Below, one piece after another: positions 53,701 through 64,000 of a stretch of 64,000 bases of DNA (position 1 is its first letter; the number at the start of each line of letters is the position of its first letter). This DNA is from Vicugna vicugna (lineage: Eukaryota). The notes beneath the pieces are model-generated. The model was not told the origin of the DNA, did not search any database, and saw only the letters and a program-made list of their open reading frames with translations. The stretch spans positions 620,001 through 684,000 of the forward strand of contig MU057809.1 in the NCBI GenBank assembly GCA_013265495.1, written 5' to 3'. A program made the position numbers and the translations under genes.

Positions 53701-54391
53701 ATCTGTTGTCCGTTTGCAAAGAAATCTGTTGTCCGGGTTGGGGAGGCATGGGGGAGAGGAGTGAAAGGTGATGTAAATGCAGAGAGAGGTGGGGTGGGCA
53801 CACACCTGGAGCCCACGTGTGCCACCTGCACTCCCAGCCACATGGACCCAGAGGGTCCCACGGGGAGGGGAGGAAGAAGGGTGCTGGCGTCTGGCCCTGA
53901 GACCCGGCTCCAACCCCGACCTGAGCCCTTCCTGGTGCCAGGATTCTCCGTTGTCCCTGGGACCCACCTCAACCTCGTGGAAAAATCCAAGCCAACCTGA
54001 AGGCCCCCAGCCTCTCAAGGTCCCACTCTCCCTGTGTCCGGGGTGAGGCCGGTCAGCAGCTGTGAGGGGCCGACAGCCCATTGCCTCGGGCTCCTTGTGG
54101 CTGCGTCATTTGTGCTTTTTGTAATTGGCTCCAGCCACTCCTTGGGGATGCTTACTGGCTGCTGGCCCTGTACCTGCCCAGGTGTGGGGCCCGGAAAGGC
54201 CTCGAGTCAGGGGGTGACTGCCTGGGCTGAAGCGGCGTGACTCAGCGCTTGGCCGGGACTGGCTAAGACCAGCACGGGTTCGGTCTCGCCGGGGCCCTTC
54301 GCTGGCGTGAGCAGGCGGCCGGCCCTCTTGGAGCCCCCGTTCTCTGCTCTACAGAACAAGGGCCTCGTGACCTTTCATGACTCCAGGCGTC

Positions 54392-54757
54392 TGTTATGAG
54401 CTGATCTGTGTCCCCTCCAAATTTGTAGCTGAGCTCTATCCCTAATGCCTCAGCACGGGACTGTGGTGGAGCCCGGCTCTTTAAAGAGATGATCAAGGCA
54501 AAACGAGGTCACGTGTGTGGGTCCTAATCCAGTCTGACAAGTGTCCCGATAAGAGGGGACTAGGACACAGGCACACACGGAGGGAGGGGCCCGTGAGGCC
54601 GCAGGAAAAGACGGCCGCCTGCACCCCAAGGAGGGAGGCCTCGGGGGGACCAGCCCGCCGGCCCCCTGACCTCTGGCCTCCGGACCCGGGAGGAAACGAG
54701 TGTTGTTTAAGCCGCCGGCCTGGGGTATCTGTCGCAGCCGCCCAAGCGACTATTCGA
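54392..54757 (+). mobile_element. Near full-length MLT1 (ERVL-MaLR) solo LTR
   Basis: Starts tgttatgagctgatctgtgtcccctccaaattt; contains tctttaaagagatgatcaaggcaaaacgaggtca, gtcctaatcca, tgttgtttaagcc; ends ...gcagccgcccaagcgactattcga. Confidence 0.85.
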
Positions 54758-55884
54758 GCACCTTTCAGCTGTGCTCTGACCAAGGTGCTCGCAGAGGCCC
54801 ATCCAGGGTCGAGGAGGGGACACGGAGGACCCCCACCCTTGACGGGGAAGGTGGCCCTGGGAGCAGCGTTTGTGGGGAAGTCTATGTGCTACGCGGACGC
54901 GCAGGGTTCCCCACACCTGGATGCGGGACGCGGGGTCAGGGGCTCGCAGCCTGCAGGGGGGCGCAGGAGCCCACCAAGCCGCCTGCCTGTGGAGATCGTT
55001 AAGGAGCTGGGCTTGTGACGCCTGTGAGCTCAGTTCTTCGGCTCAGGACGCAAGAGACACAGCCTGGAGCGCGGGGAGCTTCCCGCCCCAGGAGCGGGGA
55101 GCCGGGAGCGGGGAGCCGGCCGCAGGTGGGCACTGAGCCCGGCTCTGACTTCCACCCCCAGGAAGACCCTGGGCTCCTCAGGCTCTGTGTGCCGTGTGGG
55201 CCAGAGGCCCCCTCAGCGGGGTTCTCCCTCTCTGTGTTCTGTTTAGCGGCCATTACAGCCTCAGACCGTGGGGGTGGAAGTGACACTTTGGGGAGACCTT
55301 GTCACAGCGAGAGGCTGGGAGGGGGGACTTCGTGGCAAAGGTGAGGCCTGAGCGCCGATTTCCCCGAGCGAGCCGAAGCCCCCAGGTAGCGAGAGGAAAC
55401 GGGTGTTCAGGGGCTGTGGGAGCCGAGCGCCGCTTGTCGCTTGGCGGGGCCGCCAGCCCGGGCGCAGGCCGCCCACCTGGTCAGGGTGGAGCAGAGCTCA
55501 CTTCGTGACTGTGAACCCAGACTCGTCCGCTGTCTCTTCCGTTCCCTCTTCCCCCAGGTGCCTTGCTTCACACCCTTTATTCACTCGCTCATTCATGGAA
55601 GGCCCCCCCCCCCCNNNNNNNNNNNNNNNNNNNNNNNNNNNNNNGCCGCCCGGTGCCAGGGGCACAGAAATGAAGGGACTAAAAGGAGGCCCCGTCTCCC
55701 GGGGCTGCCCAGGCACGTGCCCTCAGGCGCCACTCTCGTTTCCTGTCTTTCATCTTCAAAATAGATTCCAGTTCAAACGGCCAAACACGGAACTACCATT
55801 GACCCGGCAATCCCGCTCCCTGGTTCCGACCCACGAGCGAGGGAAGCCTGCGTTCCCAGGAACGCCTGCTCAGGACGGTCGTCG

Positions 55885-56335
55885 CAGCGCATTCACAGTA
55901 GCCGACGGGTGGGAAGAACCCCAACGCCGTCGGCGGGCGAACAGATGACAACATTCACGTTCGAACAGTCTTCAGCAGAAATTAAAAGAAAACAAACCAG
56001 GACTGAGGTTCAGACGTGTGCTTGTGCATGATGGCTCCTGAGAGCAGGCCGCTCAGTGGAAGAAGCCGGCACACAGGCCCCGGAGGCTGTGACTCCACTG
56101 CTGTGAAACGCCCCGAGCAGGCAAGGCCACCGGGACAGCAGACCGGCGGTCTCCGGGCCCGGGAGGGGTGGGGGCCGGGGGACGGCTGAGGAGCGCAGGG
56201 CTCCGCTTTGGGGTAATGGAAGTGTTCTCGGGCTGACTGCTGGTGGCGGGGGCACACCTCGCTGCGGGTACCAGGAGCCATCGAACGGCGCACTCCGAGC
56301 GAGAGACTTGCATCTCAACAAAGCTGTCGGAAAAC
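55885..56335 (+). mobile_element. L1M 3' end, strongly GC/CpG-shifted
   Basis: attcacagtagcc ... cagcagaaattaaaagaaaac ... ctcagtggaagaagccggcacaca ... ggggtaatggaagtgttct ... catctcaacaaagctgt follows the L1MB/MC 3' terminus. Confidence 0.75.
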
Positions 56336-57429
56336 AACCGTGCCTGCCTTCACCGGGGTGTTGAGGGGGTTCTCTGTTTTCTATGAAACATTTAAAACAG
56401 TGCCTGGCACGTGCTGGAGCATCCGTAGATGGTAGCTGTTTAAAACCAGTACATTCCTTTTAAGCACCGGAAGCTCTGCGTCCCCGAGCAGCCTGCCAGG
56501 CCCGGGCAGACAGGGGCTCCCGGGACCGGGTCCCGCGCTTGGCTCCCGCTGGCCAACAAAGACACTCATCCCCTTGATTCCTTTTAGTGCCGGGGTTTGC
56601 TACCTGGCTCCTCTGTCTGTGGTTTTAGCATCACCTTTGAGGGGCCCCCGCATGGCCACCTCTTCCTCTCCCCCCACTGCCCCACGGGACCCGGCCCTCT
56701 GGGGTTACATGGCTTCTTTGGGGGGTGCCCCCTTGTCCTCTCCCCACTCACTCATCTCAGACCCCACACCCCACGGCCCCTTCCCTTCTAATCTGGCGAG
56801 GCCAGAAGCCAATCACACGCTGGGGTCTCGTCCCCGCGTTTTGCTTGCTCCTGCGAGACGCACCTTGGACAAACGGGCAGTCTGGAGGCTGGCGCTGGGT
56901 CCGGCTCCTGGGGACCCTGGCTGGGGGCTGTCTCCCCGAAGCACGTGGACTTCTGACCTGGAGGCCAGGCTGGCAAATCCGTGGGTGAACATTTGCAGAT
57001 ACCATTAAATGGACAGAATGGCTAATAATTTAGATAACATGAAAACCATCCAGCTTTGTCTGAGTAAATTAGAAAAATAAAATGAGATTTATTAAGGGCA
57101 AAGGCAGAGCCATCCAACAGGAGAGAATTGAAATGGGAAAGGCAGGAATTCGGAGCAGTGTTAACACAGAGAAGGACCAGGAGGTGGTGTCTGACGAGAA
57201 GGGACACGTGAGTCACTGTGACGAGCCCCCAGTCTACCTGGGAGCCCAGAGCAACGTGGGGCTTGGGGAGAGCCACCCCGCCCGCCTCTGCCGGCCAAGG
57301 GGCAGCTTCTCGGCCTGGCCTGGCAGCGAGTGGCACTGGCCGGGTGTCGGGGCCTGTCACAGAGCTCGTGTTTCCAGGAGAGACCAGAGAGCCAGCCGGA
57401 CGGGCGGCCCCTTGGAGTGTGTGCAGCGC

Positions 57430-57680
57430 CTTTACGTTTACTGAGCACCTACTGTGTGCCAGGCAGGGGCGTAAACATACGTCGCTGAGAACTGACTGTG
57501 TGCCGAGTGCCTTCAGGGCCCTATCTCAGCAATCGCTGCATTGATTCTGTGAGTCAGGTGTGTTCACTTCCAGTGTATGGGTGAGCAGCCAGGCACAGAG
57601 AAGGTTAGCAACCTGCCCGAGGTCACACAGCCAGGAAGTGGCAGAGCCAGGGCCAAGAGCTGCTGGGTTCTGGATCCCAC
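57430..57680 (-). mobile_element. MIR SINE
   Basis: tttactgagcacctactgtgtgccaggc ... aggcacagagaaggttagcaacctgcccgaggtcacacagccaggaagtggcagagccaggg. Confidence 0.75.
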
Positions 57681-57879
57681 AATTCTCCTGGCTGTTCAAC
57701 AACTTAGTTGAATGTCTGCTACGCACGGGAATGGAGGGTGTGGGGTGAGCACAGTTCCTGCCCCCAGAGGCAGAGAAGGATAAAGCAACGGGCAGCTACA
57801 CTGCGTAAGCCCAGGGGTTACAAGGTGCACGATGGTCCTCGTAACCCACCCCATCCTGGGTGGTCTAGAAGACCGGCCG

Positions 57880-58860
57880 GGCGTTTGCCAAGCCGGGGCG
57901 TGTGATACGGCAGAAATGCTTTAAGCTGGTGAAACAGCAAGTTCAAAGCTAGGTGTCCTTGGAGAGTTGCAAGTCCTTCCTTCCCAGCTGAGTCTCGGGC
58001 GTGAAGGGACAGTGGGGACAGGTGTGGGGACAGACATGGCTTGGAAGCCATGCCAGGGAGTTTGACTCCAGCCTGGTGGTGGGGGAGCGGGGTTGACAGG
58101 CAAGAAGATCAGATTTGTGCTTTCGAAAGATCTCAGTGGCCTCACCGTTCGGAGGCTGGCTTGAAGGGGTTGAATCCCGAGGCCGGGGGATCTCTCAGAG
58201 GCTGTGGTGGGAGGACCCCCACTTGCTAGTGAGGAGAGCCCAGCTCCAGTAAGATTAGGTGGCTCACCTAACTGGGAAGTCCAGGCTGCAGGGGTGGCTG
58301 GATCCAAGGGCACAGTTAGAGTTGTTCTCCGTCCCTCCCCCGGCCCCCACCCTGAGCCCCTCTCTCCCCGAGGATGAGTTTCCTCCTCGTAACGTTCCCC
58401 CAGCGTCACAACCAGAAAGGCACAAGCCATTGTTATCCCTGGAAGAGAAATCTTGAGAAAGATGGAGTCGTGTGCCATCCCTGAACTGGCCGCTATGGCC
58501 CCGAGAGTGGCTTCTTCCACTGGTCAACTGGGCCGCCTGCTTGCAGGGAGGAGCCCCAAGGACACATTGACACCCAGGCCCCTGTGGTCAAGATGTCGGT
58601 GGGATACGCAGGTGTCTCCGGGCCACCACGGGGGAGACGGGTCAGTGAGGCCCAGAGGAGGTCAGATTGGCAGGGTTTGGCAGGACTGGCAGGCACTGGG
58701 AGAGGTCGGGAACTAGGAATAACTTCTAGGGTTCTGGTCCGATCCCCTGATTAGATGGTGGCGTCCTTCACTGAAGTTGGGACGTCAAATGAGAGGAAAA
58801 GGTTTTTGGTGGTGGGTGCGTTTCAGGCATACTTAGTTTGAGGTGCCTGAAACTCGGGGC
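57880..58860 (-). mobile_element. L2 LINE fragments (discontinuous)
   Basis: gatcagatttgtgctttcgaaagatc and tagatggtggcgtccttcactgaagttggga...ttagtttgaggtgcctg resemble antisense L2. Confidence 0.5.
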
Positions 58861-60849
58861 ACAGTGCTGGTAGCCAAAGAGAGGCCCTGGCCGGAGAGCC
58901 ACTCGGGGATGACCTCTGGGCGAGGCTTGTAGAGCTGAGGTCGTGGTGGGCTCTCTCTAGGGGGAGGGGAGTGAGGGGAGGCGGAGGGGCCTGGGAGCGT
59001 CTTGAGAACCCCCAACACCAGCTGGGCAGTCAGTGATGTCGCGGGGCCAAGAGCCAAGGGGAGGGAAGTTTTCCCAATGACTCCTTGGAGGCACTGGTGG
59101 CAGAAGCAGAGGCTAACGGACCCCTGGGAGAAGAGGAATCTGGAGGGAGTGGGCATGAGGCCCAGCCTGGCCAGACGGGCTCAGAGCGGGTCCCCAGGCA
59201 GCTCAGGTGGATCCCAGGCTGGAGTCCCCGGGGGAGCTGGTCGCCTTCCCTGGGCTCCCGGGCTCCCAGCCCTCCTCGCAGCCCAGTTCTGCAGGGCCTG
59301 GACCCGACACACAGACACAGCTCTGGGCTTCCTCACATCCCCTCGTGCTGGGCCCTCCCCAGGCTCAGGCTGACCTGGTCGGTGATCTAGGGCTAGCCAT
59401 GCAGGTGTGGGCAGGCTGGACGCCCCCAAAGGGGGAGGATGGCGGGGCCAGACCCCTCACACACCCCTGTACCTTTGCAGGGGCCGGGCCCGCAGGCCTG
59501 GGGAGAGGCCGAGCTGGCGGTTTTCTCCCCGTTTTGCACGTGAGGAGAGTGAGGCTCAGAGCGGGGTCAGGAGCGGTGCTCTGGGAAGAACTTACATCGG
59601 GGGAAACCACGGTGTCTCAGGTGAGAGCCAGGCCTGCTGCCCAGGCTGGTGTCCCCCCTACTCAGTGAGACCCCCTTCAGCCGGGCTGAGGCCGACCAGC
59701 GAGGCAATGCAAGGCAGGTGGTGAGGGGGAGGAGAGACCCCAGCGTCCAAGAATTTGGCCAGCCTCCCAGGGTCGGGGTGTATGTGAGGACAGGCTCCGG
59801 GCCCCCCAGGAGCCACAGAAAGAGCCGCCAAGGGCCCTCCTGGCAGAGAGAGGGCTGGGGAGGTGGGTGAGTGGGGTGAGGTCTGCTGGACGATGGCTCC
59901 GGATTCGGGGGAGCGGCCCCGCAGCCACAGAGCGCTGCCTGAGGCGCTCTGATGACGGCTCCGTGTCAGAGCTGGCCCCGTGGCTGTCGCCTGCACGGCA
60001 GCTCGGGCGGCCCCGCGCCAATTAAAGACGAGCTGAGCATATTGTTAGTTTCCAACTCGTCAGGAATCCAATTAGGGGCATCTTAGATCCACTCGAGCGG
60101 TTCTGCCGGCCACCCGTGCTGGAGACGCGGGGGCTGGGGCGCAGGCTGCACGCTGACGGGCTGTCCTGGAGCTTGGCCAGGCAGGGGCTGGCTTACACTG
60201 GCCCAGCTGGGCAAGTTCCTGGCACAGCCAGCGTGCCGAGGGCCATGGTCCCCTGACTGGTCAGTGCGGATCTCGGCGCGGTGGCCTTTCTCCTGGGGGG
60301 GGGTGCGCCAGACCGATCGGAGGGCCACAAGGAGGCAGCCCCAGTGTCGTGTTTCCGTCAGACTCGGCCCTGAGGGGCTATCTGTCTACCCCTCCAGTGC
60401 CGCTGGGAGACACCCTAGACAGGGATCTAGTCTAGACCCTAAAGTGGACTTGAATCCGCTCCATTCCAGCCAAGTGGCCATTGACTCGGGCCCCTTTTAT
60501 GACAAAGAGGGCACGTCTCCACCCATCGCAGCTTGCTCCTTGTGTCCGCCAGGGTCCTTATTTGCAAACAAGACGCCTGGCTTGAATTTGCCGAGACAAG
60601 GAAGGAACTTCCTGGAAGGAAGGATTCTGGGGTTTCACACACAGAAGGAAGGCTCAGATGCCGCCACCCTCTCCGCCGCCCATCCCTGCTCCTCCGCACA
60701 CACAGCTGCTCCCACCAGGGCGCGGTGGGCAACCGGGGCACACAGCCGCCGAGAACCCGCAGCCCTCCCTCCCACCCCGGCTGCCTCAGAGGGGACGCGC
60801 TCGTCTTCCGCCCACTCCAGTGGGGAGGTCTCGGGGAGGGCTGTGACAG

Positions 60850-60985
60850 TCCGGCTCGGTCAGGGCGAACTGTGTCCTCCCCAGACTCCTAGGTCAAAGC
60901 CCGAATGCCCAGGACCTCAGCACGTGACTGCATTTGGAGACAAGGGCTTTTAAGAGGCAGTGAAGTTAAAATGAGGCTGGTGGGC
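60850..60985 (+). mobile_element. MLT1 LTR 5' fragment
   Basis: gacctcagcacgtgactgcatttggagacaagggcttttaagaggcagtgaagttaaaatgagg; similar to the 54392 copy. Confidence 0.75.
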
Positions 60986-61104
60986 TGTCCCAGACCTTCC
61001 CTCCTGAAGGGCCTGGGCTGTGATTAGTCCAGTCCTGTGATTCCCCGCGGATGAAGTTTGCAGGGAGGTGGCGGCTTCCGTTAAAGCTGCGCGGTTCAAG
61101 TTTA

Positions 61105-61400
61105 CTCACTCATTTATCTAATATTCACGGAGTCTGCTGTGTGCCGGGCAGTGTTGTCTACGTAGCTGGAGAGACAGGCAGGAAACAAGACCATTCCAGA
61201 CAGCGGGAGGTGTCCTGAAGATGACCCAGCACAGTGTGTGACAGGAGATGACATCAGCAAGGGCAGCCAGAGTGGGTCTCACAAAGGCCATGTGCAGATT
61301 AGAGGATGAGCTTTCTTGGCAGAAGAAACAGCAAGTGCAAAGGCCCTGGGGTGGAAACACATTTAGTGTGGATCCATGTGGCCACTGGAGCTTGAAGAAC
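61105..61400 (-). mobile_element. L2 LINE 3' end
   Basis: tatttatctaatattcacggagtctgctgtgtgccgggcagtg ... gaagaaacagcaagtgcaaaggccctgggg. Confidence 0.7.
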
Positions 61401-63034
61401 TGAGAGCAAGAATGTGGAAAAGAAAGCCTCGTAGTTCACGGTAGGGGGGGCGTGAGAAGCCAGCAGGGTTTAAGCTGGGAGGCACGGGATGTGTGTTCTG
61501 AGAGACTGAACTGACTTCCCGCTGGGGACGAAAGGTGGGAAAACACGGCAGTGCGGAGACCAGGGTGTGGCCGCCAGCGGGAGGCGGGGGCTTGGGGGCT
61601 ATTAGACTTCCTCCTGGCCTGGGCAGGGAGGTGGGGTGGGCTGGGAAGTGGGAATGACAGAAGGTTCTGGCCTGAGCTGCTGGGAGAGCTGGTCCTGCTG
61701 CCGGGATGCGGGGAGCGTGCAGCTCTGTTCGGGGGCATCGTGTGAGCGGACCTGTGGGAAGGGCAGTTGGGTCTGAAAGCTGGGAGAGGCTAGGGCGGGA
61801 ATGGAGGAGGGAGCGGGGCTCAGGCAAGTAAACCCTCAACCCTGCGGCGTCGCCCCCATGTAGGGGCAGGAGATTTGAGCCAGGGAGGCGGTGGTGGGGA
61901 GAAGGGAGCACCCAGGTTTCAACCCAGGCTCAGCTCCTCCCTGCGGAGTGTGGCCTCATGGGAGCCCTGTGTCCTCACTGGACCTCAGTTTTCTCACCTG
62001 TGAAGTGGGAGCACACCCAGTTTTCTAATGTTGCTCTGGTTGGATTTATCACCTTTGTCTGCATGCTGTGTGCCTGTGGTTTGTTCAGGAAGTATTCCCA
62101 CACCCAGAGACGGTAGACAAGTCCGCCCTGTGCACTTCGGTCTCTACCGAGGGGGTGCGCTCTGCCGTGTGCAAGGCGGGACTCATCGGGGGCTGCCCTC
62201 CATTTAGTGGATCGTTGCTTAATAGCCTTGCTCTTCCCCCTTCTGAGCACAGCCACCCTCTCCGCACGATGAACGGAGTGTTGGGGTTTCTGGAAGCCCT
62301 AGGGGAGGGGAAAATGTAGAGGGGAAGGGAAGTGAGATGGCCTGGAGGGAGCAAGGTGGCCCCCGGGGGGTTGGGATGCGGGACGGTGCGGCAGGGGCGG
62401 TTCCTGGGGAAGGGGCTGGGGACACACTACACAGGTTGTGGGAAAGGACACTGTCTAGGGGCGGGCGGCACTTGGGTGTCTCTGTTCTCTGACAGCAGCT
62501 TCCTTGGCTCCAAACCTTCCGATGAGCTTCCTGTGCACATGGGAGCCTTGTTCGAGGGCTGGGCCTCCAGCAGTGGGCACAGCACAGGTCCCAGAGTCAG
62601 GAGGCCCCGCTGCCCTGCCCCGGGGACTGAGGCTGGGCGCCGCCCCCGCCCCCGGCCTCCTGTGGGCTCCCCACCTGTGAAGTGAGGTGGGTGTGGGGCA
62701 GGGCCGGAGGGCTCAGTGCCCTTGGCCTCAGCCCCAGCCTAGCCGTCCACCTGCTGGCGAGGGGCACCCAGTCCCAGGGCCGAGGCCCATGGAGGAGCCA
62801 CACTGAGAGTTAGAAGAGTGAGGACCAGGCCTGGGACTCCGGGTTCCCGGCTGGGGCCTCCCTTCCTGTGCAGGCAGCGGCCCCAGCCCGTGGGGAGCGG
62901 ACACTCGGAACCCCTGGTGGCGCTGAGACCTGAATCTCCTTCCCGCCGGACCCCTCCTCACGCAGCCGCCGCTCCGGCCGCACCCACAGAGCTGCCAGCC
63001 CAGGGCCCCGGGCTGGGAAATGTTCTCTCCCCGG

Positions 63035-63402
63035 GCGGGCGGCTGAAACAAGGCAGCGCAGGTGGAGCAGCTGAGACGGCGCGGACCACTCCCGCAGCCC
63101 CGGAGGCTGGAGCCTGCGGTCAGGGTGTCGGAGGCGATCGCCCGAGGCCGCCCTCCCCGGGGCGCAGGCGGCCGTCCTCCACGTGTCCCCACGTGCTCGG
63201 GCCTCTGTGTATGCCTGCGCCCTAATCTCTTCTTGTCAGGACCCCAGACGTGCTGGCCTAGGACCCACCCTAGTGACCTCGTCTTGCCTTAATTCCCTCT
63301 CTAAAGATTTCACCTCCGAGCACAGTCGCAGGCCGAGGTACTGAGTCTGGGCTGCAGCGTGTGGGTTGGTGGTGGAGGTGGGGGCACAGGCCAGCCCCTC
63401 AA
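63035..63402 (-). mobile_element. MLT1 solo LTR, GC-shifted
   Basis: The reverse complement shares aaggcaa.acgaggtcac, gggtccta and gacggccgcctgc.cccc with the 54392 copy. Confidence 0.8.
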
Positions 63403-63775
63403 GGGCGGACAGCGAGGAGCTTTTAGAGAGGGTGGGGGTGGGCTCGGGGCTGAAGGGACCTGGCCCTGTTGCCTGCACTAAGCTTTTAGGGGGAACTGGG
63501 GTGTGGGGGTGTGCAGGGTGTGACGTACGGGTCCTGGGGCGTGCTGCATGGGGTGATGGGGTGTGGGGGGGAGGCCGGTCCACTGGGGCAGTGGCAGCAC
63601 CGGGGGACCTTCCTGCCCCAAGGGGGAGGCGGCACACCGTCCCCAGGCTACAAAGCGGAGTGGGAAGAGCAGGGAGAGCCCTGGGGGCCACACGACCACA
63701 AGGACGAAGACAACGACTTGGGGGGACCTTCGAGGTGCCGTACCCGGGGGTGGGTGGCCTGAGAGCCGGCCCCTC

Positions 63776-63798
63776 CACACACACACACACACACACAC
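63776..63798. repeat. (CA)n microsatellite
   Basis: Directly visible. Confidence 0.9.
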
Positions 63799-64000
63799 GT
63801 GAGGAGCTCAGACCCACCTCTGCAGGGAGGAGGGAGGCCACGTTCTGCGCTGGGAATCAGCACCTCAAGGCCGACCTTCAGCCAAGTTACAGAGATTCGT
63901 AAATCGTCCTGCCCTTGCGCACTCGGCTCGGGCCCTGCGCACTGTCCGCGTCCCCCTGCTTCTCCTGGGGTCTGCGCACGTTCCCCAGAGCCTGGGCTTC

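Noticed and set aside
33500-64000. Additional protein-coding gene or processed pseudogene (e.g. ELFN1 or a TFAM pseudogene expected further along in human)
   Set aside because: No ORF or exon set with a recognisable LRR, HMG or other domain; only repeats and non-coding sequence were seen. Non-coding first exons cannot be excluded.

Overview
GC-rich mammalian genomic DNA from a gapped draft assembly (6 N-gaps). It is syntenic with the human MAFK-TMEM184A-PSMG3 cluster. Three spliced protein-coding genes reconstruct base by base with canonical GT-AG junctions and consistent phases: MAFK (+, 2 coding exons, 156 aa), TMEM184A (-, 8 coding exons, 421 aa) and PSMG3/PAC3 (-, 2 coding exons, 122 aa). 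Beyond the PSMG3 CpG island (~33.5-64 kb) I find no credible protein-coding gene, only old repeats (L1M, L2, MIR, MLT1), simple repeats and candidate enhancers. A tRNA-Ala-derived SINE of Vic-1 type points to a camelid (inference). Almost all entries in the ORF track are GC-rich chance ORFs. No new enzymatic or gene system is evident. The best leads are regulatory or evolutionary: (i) a GATA x3 + perfect NF-kB cluster 3' of MAFK; (ii) a tandem RFX X-box pair plus a splice donor that may mark a neuronal alternative MAFK promoter; (iii) convergent, potentially overlapping MAFK/TMEM184A poly(A) signals; (iv) a two-donor switch that could add an out-of-frame upstream ATG to PSMG3; (v) a perfect TACTAAC 3' splice site suggesting a spliced divergent lncRNA; (vi) strong AT->GC rewriting of old transposons, consistent with GC-biased gene conversion; (vii) a 189-bp duplication in the MAFK 3'UTR that may be an assembly artefact.
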